Of a stretch of DNA of 64,000 nt, positions 1 through 8,804 are shown piece by piece; position 1 is the stretch's first letter; each line of letters opens with the position of its first letter. The DNA comes from an uncultured Thiomicrospira sp. (GTDB lineage: Bacteria; Pseudomonadota; Gammaproteobacteria; CAKMZV01), in contig OZ239628.1 in NCBI GenBank assembly GCA_965195345.1, forward strand, positions 992,001-1,056,000, in the 5' to 3' direction. The notes beneath the pieces are model-generated. The model worked only from the letters and a program-made list of their open reading frames with translations, did no database searches and was not told the origin of the DNA. The translations under genes were made by a program, and so were the position numbers.

Positions 1-437
1 TGTTCGGTTTTCAAAAAGTTCTAAAGCATTACTATTTACAAGGTTTGCATCAAGTTGTAGTGAATGCTGACATGTACATCAATGGTAAGGTATGGCGCAG
101 TCTAACTGATCATCAACGAGCTGCGATGGAAGTAGCTGCTGATGCTTCTCTTATGCGCTCTTTAGCGTATAGGATTTATGAGAATGGAAAAGCTTTGAAA
201 GATCTTACTGAAAATCATGGCGTTATTTTGCATGACACACCAGCAGATTATTTTCCTTTGTATATGAACGCTGCTAAAGCTTCTCTTCAGAAAAATGCTA
301 ACAAAAATCCTTTCTTCAAGAAAGTATGGGACTCGCAAAGAAGCTTTGCTGAGATTGCTGTACCTTTTTGGGCAGGGGCTCAAACATCAAATGCTAAACT
401 TGGTCAAGCGTTTGCTGATGAAATAAAAAATAGATAA
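1..437 (+). CDS. dctP: TRAP transporter substrate-binding protein (DctP family), 5'-truncated by window edge; HpsK-like role inferred from context
   Basis: Frame open from nt 3 (FGFQKVLKHYYLQGLHQ...); DctP-like C-terminus (WRSLTDHQRAAMEVAA; NPFFKKVWDSQRSF); followed by dctQ and dctM. Confidence 0.8.
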   Translation, partial: FGFQKVLKHYYLQGLHQVVVNADMYINGKVWRSLTDHQRAAMEVAADASLMRSLAYRIYENGKALKDLTENHGVILHDTPADYFPLYMNAAKASLQKNANKNPFFKKVWDSQRSFAEIAVPFWAGAQTSNAKLGQAFADEIKNR

Positions 438-447
438 GTCAATTCTG

Positions 448-486
448 AAACGGGGATCACCTTGATAGGTGGTTCCCGTTTTTTTT
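448..486 (+). terminator. Stem-loop with U-tract between dctP and dctQ (terminator or mRNA stabiliser)
   Basis: AACGGGGATCACCT-TGAT-AGGTGGTTCCCGTT followed by a T run; such structures are common after TRAP/ABC binding-protein genes. Confidence 0.7.
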
Positions 487-520
487 AACAACAAATTTTG
501 AAATATCATGTGGAATATTT

Positions 521-1141
521 ATGAACGGTAAAGACGGTAAAGTAGATATAGAAAAATTAGAAATTGCTGATGAATTGATTGCTGAGGCAAAGTCAGTTTA
601 TGTAATGCCGGATGATATGACTCCTTGGATGGCTAAGACGATTGTGGGGATAAATCGGTTTAGTTATGCAACTGGTAACGTCGTATGTTGGTTAACGCTT
701 CCTATTTGCTTGGCAATGACTTACGAGATAATTGCTAGATATTTCTTCCTTGCACCGACTGTTTGGGCTTACGATATTAGTCGCATGTTCTATGGTGCTT
801 TATTTATGCTCGGTGCTGGTTATGCGCTTATGCGAGGTGTGCACATTCGAGCGGACTTTATTTATCGAAATTGGAGACCAAGAGTACAAGCGACTGTTGA
901 CGCCATTTTGTATATATTCTTTTATTTCCCTGGAATGATAGTGTTTTTCTTTACTGGCTTTGACTTTGCTTATGACTCATGGGATCGTGGTGAATTAGGC
1001 ATGGATACTGCATGGATGCCTCATATGGGACCTATTAAATCGGCCATTCCTATAGGAACGGCTTTCTTGATAATTCAAGGGGTCTCTGAACTATTACAAT
1101 GTTTTTATGCTATTAAGCATAATCGTTGGGCTGGATCTTAA
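521..1141 (+). CDS. dctQ: TRAP transporter small permease
   Basis: About 4 TM segments; YEIIARYFF..PTVWAYD and GVHIRADF motifs of DctQ. Confidence 0.9.
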   Translation: MNGKDGKVDIEKLEIADELIAEAKSVYVMPDDMTPWMAKTIVGINRFSYATGNVVCWLTLPICLAMTYEIIARYFFLAPTVWAYDISRMFYGALFMLGAGYALMRGVHIRADFIYRNWRPRVQATVDAILYIFFYFPGMIVFFFTGFDFAYDSWDRGELGMDTAWMPHMGPIKSAIPIGTAFLIIQGVSELLQCFYAIKHNRWAGS

Positions 1142-1160
1142 TCATATTAAAGGATAATTT

Positions 1161-2477
1161 ATGTCTCCTGAAATACTTGGGTTGATTTTAATTGGGGTGA
1201 TGCTTTTTGCTATTTTTGTAGGTTTTCCTATTTCGTTTACTCTTATTTTTCTTGGGTTAGTGTTTGGTTACCTGGGGTTTGGTGATTTGGTTTTCTACCT
1301 GATGACCTTCCAATTTTCAGGAGTTATGCTTGAACAGACACTCTCAGCCGTTCCCTTATTTATTTTTATGGGAATATTGATGGAAAAAGCAGATTTGATG
1401 GAACGATTATTTATATCCGTACAAAAACTGCTTTCGAGAGTGAACGGCGCATTATTTATAGCGGTACTATTTGTGTCGACTATATTTGCTGCAGCTACTG
1501 GAATAGTTGGAGCTTCTGTTACCATTTTGGGGATCATGTCTGCAAAAACGATGAATCGGTCAAAATATGACGTTAGACTTGCTGCTGGAACAATTACTGC
1601 TGGTGGTACATTGGGGATTCTTATTCCGCCAAGCATTATGTTGGTTGTTATGGGTCCAATCATTGAAGTTCCTGTAACCGACTTATTTGCAGCAGCGATC
1701 ATTCCTGGGATGATGCTCGCTTTTCTCTATACGGGTTATACTCTGATTCGTTGTTATATTAATCCTTCTTTAGGGCCTAAATTAGGAGATTCCTTAAAAG
1801 ACGAGTCTTCTCTCGAGGTCTTTAAGGATTTTTTAATTGGTTTGGTTCCTCCAACAGCACTTGTTGGTTTTGCTTTAGGAAGTATTTTATTTGGACTGGC
1901 AACACCAACTGAAGGCGCAGCGATGGGTGCTTTTGGGGCTATTTTGCTTACAATGGCTTATGGGAAGATGTCTTGGATCAATCTAAAAGATTCTTTAGTT
2001 AAAACATTAGAAATATCCGCTCTTATTCTTATTCTGGTTGCTGCTTCAAACTTTTTCGGTTCTGTGTTTTCGCGCCTCGGGACGCCTACGATGCTAACCG
2101 AATTATTACTTAATATCGATTTGCCACCAATGGTAGTTTTGTTACTTATCATGGCAGTGATATTTTTGTTGGGTTGGCCGCTTGAGTGGGTTCCTATTGT
2201 ATTGATTATTGTTCCAATACTGTTGCCTCTTGTGGAGCAGCTTGGGTTCAATTTGACTTGGTTTGGTATTCTTGTTGCAGTAAATCTGCAGACAGCATGG
2301 CTGTCACCACCTGTGGCCTTGTCGGCTTATTTCTTAAAGGGAGTAGTTCCCGAATGGGATTTGAAAGATATTTATGCGGGGATGATTCAGTTTATGGGTT
2401 TGCAGCTGATAGGGTTAACTTTATTAATATTGTTCCCACAAATCGTACTTTGGTTGCCAGAGTATCTTAATAAATAA
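1161..2477 (+). CDS. dctM: TRAP transporter large permease
   Basis: Highly hydrophobic; AVPLFIFMG, GGTLGILIPPS, ATPTE, LSPP motifs. Confidence 0.95.
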   Translation: MSPEILGLILIGVMLFAIFVGFPISFTLIFLGLVFGYLGFGDLVFYLMTFQFSGVMLEQTLSAVPLFIFMGILMEKADLMERLFISVQKLLSRVNGALFIAVLFVSTIFAAATGIVGASVTILGIMSAKTMNRSKYDVRLAAGTITAGGTLGILIPPSIMLVVMGPIIEVPVTDLFAAAIIPGMMLAFLYTGYTLIRCYINPSLGPKLGDSLKDESSLEVFKDFLIGLVPPTALVGFALGSILFGLATPTEGAAMGAFGAILLTMAYGKMSWINLKDSLVKTLEISALILILVAASNFFGSVFSRLGTPTMLTELLLNIDLPPMVVLLLIMAVIFLLGWPLEWVPIVLIIVPILLPLVEQLGFNLTWFGILVAVNLQTAWLSPPVALSAYFLKGVVPEWDLKDIYAGMIQFMGLQLIGLTLLILFPQIVLWLPEYLNK

Positions 2478-2501
2478 AATTTTAAAACAATGGAGGGAAG
2501 A

Positions 2502-2789
2502 ATGTCATTTCCACAACTTTTAGTTCATGATATTGAAGACAACGTTGGTGTTGTCGTGGTTGAAGAATTATCAGCAGGCACACATATGTTTTGCGTAATT
2601 ACTGCAGATAATTCTGATTTTCAACTTATGTTGAATCACGATGTGCCAATCGGACATAAAGTGGCTTTAGCTGACTTGAAAGAAGGAGATACCGTGATTA
2701 AATACGGTGAAGATATTGGTAAAGTTGTTCAAGCAATAAAAAAAGGTGATCATGTGCACACGCATAATCTAAAAACAAAACGCTGGTAG
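2502..2789 (+). CDS. suyA: (R)-sulfolactate sulfo-lyase small subunit (UxaA SAF domain)
   Basis: [37 protein letters not shown]; GGAGG RBS before ATG 2502; adjacent to suyB and hpsN. Confidence 0.8.
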   Translation: MSFPQLLVHDIEDNVGVVVVEELSAGTHMFCVITADNSDFQLMLNHDVPIGHKVALADLKEGDTVIKYGEDIGKVVQAIKKGDHVHTHNLKTKRW

Positions 2790-2800
2790 GAGAATATATT

Positions 2801-3967
2801 ATGAATCAAACATGTTGGGGATATCGTCGTGAAAATGGGCGAGTTGGAGTAAGAAATTACGTGGCAATTTTGCCAGTGGATGATATTTCTAATGCCGCTT
2901 GTGAGGCTGTTGCAAACAATATACAAGGCACCATTGCATTGCCTCATGCATATGGTCGATTACAATTTGGTGAAGATCTTGAATTGCATTTTCGGACAAT
3001 GATAGGAACAGGTTCTAACCCAAATTTGGCTGCCGTAGTTGTTATTGGCATTGAACCAGGTTGGACAAAAATCATTGTTGACGGAATTAAAAAAACAGGT
3101 AAACCAGTTGTTGGTTTTTCAATTGAACAAAATGGTGACATTGCAACTATTGCTTCAGCTTCACGTGTTGCAAAAGAATTTGTTCACATGACTTCAGGTC
3201 TTTTGAGAGAAAAGTGTGATTTAAGTGAGATCTGGGTTTCTACAAAATGTGGTGAGTCAGACACAACAACGGGTTTGACTTCTTGCCCTGCAGTAGGCAA
3301 TATGTACGATAAAATGGTCCCTAAAGGAATGTATGGTGTGTTTGGAGAAACATCTGAATTGACTGGTGCCGAGCACTTGTGCCGAGCACGTGCTGCAGAT
3401 GAAAAAGCTGCTCAAAAATTTATGAATACTTGGCAAGCGTATCAAGACGATGTAATTGAGCAATTCAAAACTTCTGATCTATCCGACTCACAGCCAACGA
3501 AAGGAAATATTGAAGGTGGCTTAACAACTATTGAAGAAAAAGCATTAGGGAATCTTGAGAAAATAGGTCGGAAAGTAAAATATATTGATGTATTGAAACC
3601 CGCTGAAGCACCTGAAAAAGGAGCCGGATTGTATTTTATGGATACTTCTTCTGCGGCTGCTGAATGTGTTACGTTGATGGCTGCTGCCGGTTATGTTATC
3701 CATACTTTCCCGACGGGGCAGGGCAATGTGATTGGTAACCCAATTGTTCCTGTTGTGAAAATTACTGGCAATCCACGCACAGTTCGCACTATGTCAGAGC
3801 ACGTTGATGTGGATGTTTCTGGGGTGTTACGTCGAGAAATGACGATAGAAGATGCTGGAGATTCATTGATTGATTGCTTGGTGCAGACAGCGAATGGTCG
3901 ATTCACCGCAGCCGAAGCATTAGGGCACAAAGAATTTGTAATGACTAAATTATATAGGAGTGCCTAA
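2801..3967 (+). CDS. suyB: (R)-sulfolactate sulfo-lyase large subunit (UxaA family)
   Basis: [52 protein letters not shown] motifs; sulfonate operon context. Confidence 0.85.
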   Translation: MNQTCWGYRRENGRVGVRNYVAILPVDDISNAACEAVANNIQGTIALPHAYGRLQFGEDLELHFRTMIGTGSNPNLAAVVVIGIEPGWTKIIVDGIKKTGKPVVGFSIEQNGDIATIASASRVAKEFVHMTSGLLREKCDLSEIWVSTKCGESDTTTGLTSCPAVGNMYDKMVPKGMYGVFGETSELTGAEHLCRARAADEKAAQKFMNTWQAYQDDVIEQFKTSDLSDSQPTKGNIEGGLTTIEEKALGNLEKIGRKVKYIDVLKPAEAPEKGAGLYFMDTSSAAAECVTLMAAAGYVIHTFPTGQGNVIGNPIVPVVKITGNPRTVRTMSEHVDVDVSGVLRREMTIEDAGDSLIDCLVQTANGRFTAAEALGHKEFVMTKLYRSA

Positions 3968-5269
3968 ATGGCTGTACATTTTATAAAAAAATCTTTGAAA
4001 GTGCCAACATCTACGGATGTCGAAACTGAAGAAATTGTTAAAGCTATGCTAAAAAAAATTGAGCAAGAAGGGGATTCTGCTGCTCTTGAGTATAGTAAAA
4101 AACTGGATAATTGGGACGGAAATGTTCTTGTTAGTGAAGAAGAAATTGAGAAAATAAGCGCAACAGTCCCACAAACTGTAAAAGACGATATAGCTTTTGC
4201 ACACGAAAATGTTACTCGCTTTGCTGAAAAACAGCTTGAGAGTATGTTGGACTTTGACGTGCAATTGCAGGACGGGTTATATACTGGACAAACCATTAGA
4301 CCAGTACAGTCGGCTGGCTGCTACGTGCCTGGTGGGCGTTATGCACATATTGCATCTGCTATTATGACTATTGCTACCGCTAAAGTTGCTGGTGTTAAAA
4401 ACATTACTGCCTGTTCACCACCTAAACCCGGCCAAGGAGTTAATCCACACATTCTTTATGCAATGAATTATTGTGGTGCTAACAATATTCTTGCCATGGG
4501 CGGTGTTCAAGCTATAGCTGCTATGACTTATGGTCTTTTCGGTTTGAAACCCGCTGATATATTAGCAGGACCTGGAAATAGATTTGTTGCAGAGGCAAAG
4601 CGATTGTTATTTGGTAAAGTTGGAATTGATGTTTTTGCAGGACCAACAGAAATAGCTATCATTGCCGACGATACAGCGGATTCAGATATTGTTGCGATAG
4701 ATTTAGTTGGACAAGCAGAGCATGGATTAGATTCACCTGCTTGGTTGATTACTGATAGTAAAAAATTAGCGGATGAAGTTGTGCAAAAAGTGCCAGAGTA
4801 CATTGCAAAATTACCCGAAGACGCACGCTTAGCAGCTAACCATTCTTGGGAAAATTATGGCGAAGTTCAGCTGTGCGAAACCCGCGATGAAATGGTTACA
4901 GTTAGTGATGATTATGCAGCAGAACATTTGCAGGTGCATGCTCGTGATTTAGATTGGTGGTTGAAAAATTTAAATAACTACGGTTCACTATTTTTAGGTG
5001 AAGAAACAACTGTTGCATTTGGAGACAAATGCTCGGGTACTAATCACGTTTTACCAACGAAGGAAGTTGCTCGTTATACAGGCGGATTATCGGTTGCAAA
5101 ATTTGTTAAAGTGCTTACATGGCAACGTATGGATAAAGAAGCTTTACCTTCAATTGCTGCTTGTTGTGCACGGATTTCACGTCTTGAAGGGATGGAGGCA
5201 CACGCTCGTACAGCCGATGCTCGACTATCTAAATACTTTCCTGACAGAGTTTTTCAGTTACAAGTCTAA
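3968..5269 (+). CDS. hpsN: Sulfopropanediol (DHPS) 3-dehydrogenase, histidinol dehydrogenase family
   Basis: GCYVPGGRYAHIASA, GPGNRFVAEAKR, GQAEHG, GTNHVLPT, EGMEAHAR; lies among suyAB/hpsOP rather than his genes. Confidence 0.85.
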   Translation: MAVHFIKKSLKVPTSTDVETEEIVKAMLKKIEQEGDSAALEYSKKLDNWDGNVLVSEEEIEKISATVPQTVKDDIAFAHENVTRFAEKQLESMLDFDVQLQDGLYTGQTIRPVQSAGCYVPGGRYAHIASAIMTIATAKVAGVKNITACSPPKPGQGVNPHILYAMNYCGANNILAMGGVQAIAAMTYGLFGLKPADILAGPGNRFVAEAKRLLFGKVGIDVFAGPTEIAIIADDTADSDIVAIDLVGQAEHGLDSPAWLITDSKKLADEVVQKVPEYIAKLPEDARLAANHSWENYGEVQLCETRDEMVTVSDDYAAEHLQVHARDLDWWLKNLNNYGSLFLGEETTVAFGDKCSGTNHVLPTKEVARYTGGLSVAKFVKVLTWQRMDKEALPSIAACCARISRLEGMEAHARTADARLSKYFPDRVFQLQV

Positions 5270-6012
5270 TGAATTTATTTTCATTAGAGGGCAAAACAGC
5301 GTTAGTTACAGGAGCAGGTTCGGGTATTGGTCAACAGTTGAGCATTGCTTTAGCTGAAGCGGGCGCAAAACTGATTTTACAAGGACGTCAGGGAAATACT
5401 TTAAAAGACACTGAGAAAAAAATAAAAAAAAAGGTCAGACTGGTTTGTAACGACCTCTTGTTAATCGAAAAATGGGAAGAATTTGCTCAAGATAATGATT
5501 TGCATGAAGTCGATATCTTAATCAACGCAGCAGGTATAAATCTACGTCAACCATGGGATGAAGTTGACAATGCCAGCTGGAATGAGACACTTGATATTAA
5601 TCTAAAAGTTCCGTTTTTTCTAAGCAGAACATTATTTCCAACTATGAAAAAACGCAATTGGGGTAGAGTGATAAATATTGCATCACTCCAATCGCAACGT
5701 GCTTTTTCTAACAGTATGCCTTACGGGGCCTCAAAAGGCGGCATAGCTCAATTAACTCGTGCTATGGCTGAGGGTTGGTCCGAGAGTGGTGTTAATTGCA
5801 ATGCCATTGCTCCTGGTTTTTTTCCAACGAAAATGACTGCACCTGTATTGGGAGACATGAAAAAATCTTCTTCTTTAGCCGAACAAACTGCCATTAAACG
5901 CAACGGGGAACTTAGCGATTTAAATGGAACGTGTATATTTCTTGCATCACATGCTAGCGATTACGTCACAGGACAAGTCATATTTGTTGATGGAGGGTTT
6001 ACTGCTAAATGA
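5269..6012 (+). CDS. hpsO: SDR oxidoreductase, DHPS 2-dehydrogenase-like
   Basis: TGAGSGIG, NAAG, YGASK motifs; position between hpsN and a Zn-ADH. Confidence 0.75.
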   Translation: MNLFSLEGKTALVTGAGSGIGQQLSIALAEAGAKLILQGRQGNTLKDTEKKIKKKVRLVCNDLLLIEKWEEFAQDNDLHEVDILINAAGINLRQPWDEVDNASWNETLDINLKVPFFLSRTLFPTMKKRNWGRVINIASLQSQRAFSNSMPYGASKGGIAQLTRAMAEGWSESGVNCNAIAPGFFPTKMTAPVLGDMKKSSSLAEQTAIKRNGELSDLNGTCIFLASHASDYVTGQVIFVDGGFTAK

Positions 6013-6998
6013 AAGCTTTGGTTTTTGTAGATGATATGTTCTTTGAATTGCGGGAAGTGGAAAGGCCACAGTGTCAAACAAAAGAGGCACTCATTAAAGT
6101 TGAATATTCTGGTATCTGCGGTTCTGACATGCATGCGTGGCATGGACATGATGAGCGTCGACGCCCTCCATTAATACTTGGTCACGAAGTATCAGGAGTA
6201 GTCGTTGAAGGTGCTTTGGAAGGAAGGCGTGTTGCTTTAAACCCTATGATTACTTGTGGAGTTTGTCGCTATTGCAGGGAAAGTAGAGAGAATTTATGTG
6301 CTGATAGGAGTATGATAGGCATGTATAGACCAGGTGGTTTTTCTGAGTACTTAACCATCCCTGAGCAGTGCGTTTTACCTTTTCACGATAGTCTTAAAAC
6401 AGAAAATGCAGCATTAGCAGAGCCTACCGCTGTTTGTTTGCATGCGGTAAAAATGATCGAGCAGCTCAGTTATAGAAAGTTAGAAGAGCAGAATGTGTTA
6501 ATAATCGGAGGAGGGGCTATAGGTATTCTTTGCGCCCTAATACTTAAACATTTCAGTGCTAGTTCTGTGACTATTAGTGAAATCAATCCAGAACGCCTAA
6601 AAAATTGCATCAATATTGGTGGTGTAATGATTAATAATCCATTAGAAGAAGAAATAAACTCAACGAGTTATGATTGTGTTATTGATGCGGTTGGAACGCA
6701 AAAAACGCGTACAGTTGCTATTAATTCAGTTGTGAATGGAGGATGTATAATTCATTTGGGACTGCAGGAGGCTGGTGGAGAAATGGACGCACGCAGTATG
6801 ACACTTAGAGAAATTGCATTTGCTGGAGCATTTACATATACAAAGCAAGAAGTAAAAGATGCATTAGAGTTGCTTGCTTTTGCAGATCTTGGTGATTTTA
6901 ACTGGGTCGAAAAAGCGCCGCTTGCTCAAGGACAGGAAGCTTTTGAAAGCATTCACAGAGCAGAAACACCCTCAGCAAAAATATTGCTTACTCCTTAA
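6009..6998 (+). CDS. hpsP: Zn-dependent alcohol dehydrogenase, DHPS 2-dehydrogenase-like
   Basis: GICGSDMH, GHE, CGVCRYC...C, GGGAIG; ATGA overlap with hpsO. Confidence 0.75.
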   Translation: MKALVFVDDMFFELREVERPQCQTKEALIKVEYSGICGSDMHAWHGHDERRRPPLILGHEVSGVVVEGALEGRRVALNPMITCGVCRYCRESRENLCADRSMIGMYRPGGFSEYLTIPEQCVLPFHDSLKTENAALAEPTAVCLHAVKMIEQLSYRKLEEQNVLIIGGGAIGILCALILKHFSASSVTISEINPERLKNCINIGGVMINNPLEEEINSTSYDCVIDAVGTQKTRTVAINSVVNGGCIIHLGLQEAGGEMDARSMTLREIAFAGAFTYTKQEVKDALELLAFADLGDFNWVEKAPLAQGQEAFESIHRAETPSAKILLTP

Positions 6999-7028
6999 AT
7001 ATAAACAATAAAACCTTTTAGAATAAAC

Positions 7029-8621
7029 ATGCTTGATACCTATGACTATATTATTGTTGGGGCTGGATCGGCAGGTTGCGTTTTAGCCAATCGATTGTCT
7101 GCTGATGGATCGCATGTTTTACTTTTAGAAGCGGGCAGCAGTGACAAACATTTCTGGGTGCATGTTCCCATTGGTTATTTCAAAACAATGCACAATCCAA
7201 AATTTGATTGGTGTTATAAAACCAATCCAGATGATGGTATTGCCGGTCGAAGTTTGCAATGGCCACGTGGAAAGCTGCTTGGAGGATCAAGCTCGATAAA
7301 TGGGCTTCTTTATGTTCGAGGGCAAGCTGAAGACTACGATTATTGGTCTGAATTGGGAAATGAAGGATGGTCTTTTGATGAAGTTTTGCCTTACTTTATA
7401 AAATCAGAAAGTCAACAAAGAGGCGGAGATAAGTTCCATGGGAAAAATGGTCTGCTAAAAGTTTCTGATTTGCGTTTACGTCGTCCAATTGCCGATCGAT
7501 TTATTCAAGCATGCAATCAAGTAGGAATACCCTCTAACCCTGACTATAATGGGGAGTGTCAAGAGGGTGTTGGTTATTTTCAACAAACATCGCATAATGG
7601 GTTACGCTGGAGTACTGCGAAAGCTTTTTTAAAACCTGCTCTTGGAAGAAAAAATCTAACAGTTTTAACACACGCTCACTGCACCAAAATTATTTTTGAT
7701 AATAATAAAGCCGTTGCAGTTGAATTTAAAAAAGACGGTAAAGTGCAAGTAGTTTCCGCTTCAAAAGAGATTATTCTTAGTGCAGGTGCTATAAACTCTC
7801 CAACTTTATTACAATTATCAGGTATTGGCGATAAACAATTACTAGACAAGCATACTATCCCAATCATTTATCATTTGCCTGGAGTAGGGAAGAATTTGCA
7901 AGATCATTTACAAATTCGATTAGTTTTCAAAACAAAGCTAAATACACTAAATGATGAAGTAAACAATGCCTTTAAGCAATTTATGGTTGGAATGCAATAC
8001 TTTATGACCCGTACAGGGCCATTAACACTTGCAGCGAGTCAGGTTACTGTATTTACAAAGTCATCCAAAGAAGTTGATCGTCCAGATATACAATTTCATA
8101 TGCAACCTCTAAGCGCTGATAAACCGGGAGAAGGGGTGCATCCTTTTTCAGCATTTACTTCCTCAGTTTGTCAATTACGCCCTTGGAGTCGTGGAGATAT
8201 TGCCATAAAGTCAAAAGATCCATTCGTATATCCTGATATTAATCCTAATTACTTGAGTGATGAGCGTGATCAAAAAGTTAGTGTAAATGCAATTAAAGTA
8301 GCGAGGAAGATAGCGCAGGCGCCTGCATTAAAGGATGTGATCGTTGATGAATATGTTCCAGGGGCACATTATCAAAGCGATGTTGAGTTATTACAGGCGT
8401 CGAGAGAGCACAGTCAAACCATTTATCATCCAGTAGGTACTTGTAAAATGGGTCATGATAGTATGGCAGTGGTGGATGAAAATCTTTGTGTATATGGAGT
8501 AAAAGGGCTAAGAGTAGTAGACGCTTCCATTATGCCGAATATTGTTTCAGGAAACACGAATGCTCCAACAATTATGATAGCCGAGAAAGCAAGCGATCTT
8601 ATCATTTCTCATAACAAATAA
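7029..8621 (+). CDS. GMC family FAD oxidoreductase (choline dehydrogenase-like), substrate unknown
   Basis: GAGSAG, GKLLGGSSSING, NLQDH, YHPVGTCKMG, GLRVVDAS, GNTNAPTIMIAEK. Confidence 0.9.
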   Translation: MLDTYDYIIVGAGSAGCVLANRLSADGSHVLLLEAGSSDKHFWVHVPIGYFKTMHNPKFDWCYKTNPDDGIAGRSLQWPRGKLLGGSSSINGLLYVRGQAEDYDYWSELGNEGWSFDEVLPYFIKSESQQRGGDKFHGKNGLLKVSDLRLRRPIADRFIQACNQVGIPSNPDYNGECQEGVGYFQQTSHNGLRWSTAKAFLKPALGRKNLTVLTHAHCTKIIFDNNKAVAVEFKKDGKVQVVSASKEIILSAGAINSPTLLQLSGIGDKQLLDKHTIPIIYHLPGVGKNLQDHLQIRLVFKTKLNTLNDEVNNAFKQFMVGMQYFMTRTGPLTLAASQVTVFTKSSKEVDRPDIQFHMQPLSADKPGEGVHPFSAFTSSVCQLRPWSRGDIAIKSKDPFVYPDINPNYLSDERDQKVSVNAIKVARKIAQAPALKDVIVDEYVPGAHYQSDVELLQASREHSQTIYHPVGTCKMGHDSMAVVDENLCVYGVKGLRVVDASIMPNIVSGNTNAPTIMIAEKASDLIISHNK

Positions 8622-8752
8622 AAAATCAGAAAAACGTTTTTCTTCATGATTTATTTTCCTTGCATGACTTAGGGAAGATTTTATTTGACGAAAATGATTA
8701 AAAAATCAAGAAGTCACAGTTTATAGACGTCTTATGTCAAATATCTTAATAT

Positions 8753-8782
8753 AAAAAAAGGGGCTTTATCAGCCCCTTTTTT
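8753..8782. terminator. Bidirectional rho-independent terminator between convergent genes
   Basis: AAAAAAAGGGGCT-TTATC-AGCCCCTTTTTT. Confidence 0.9.
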
Positions 8783-8804
8783 GTTATAGGAATATTTGTA
8801 TACG

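Noticed and set aside
3968-5269. Annotation as hisD
   Set aside because: Context (suyAB, SDR, Zn-ADH, TRAP) and sequence fit HpsN better; no his operon nearby
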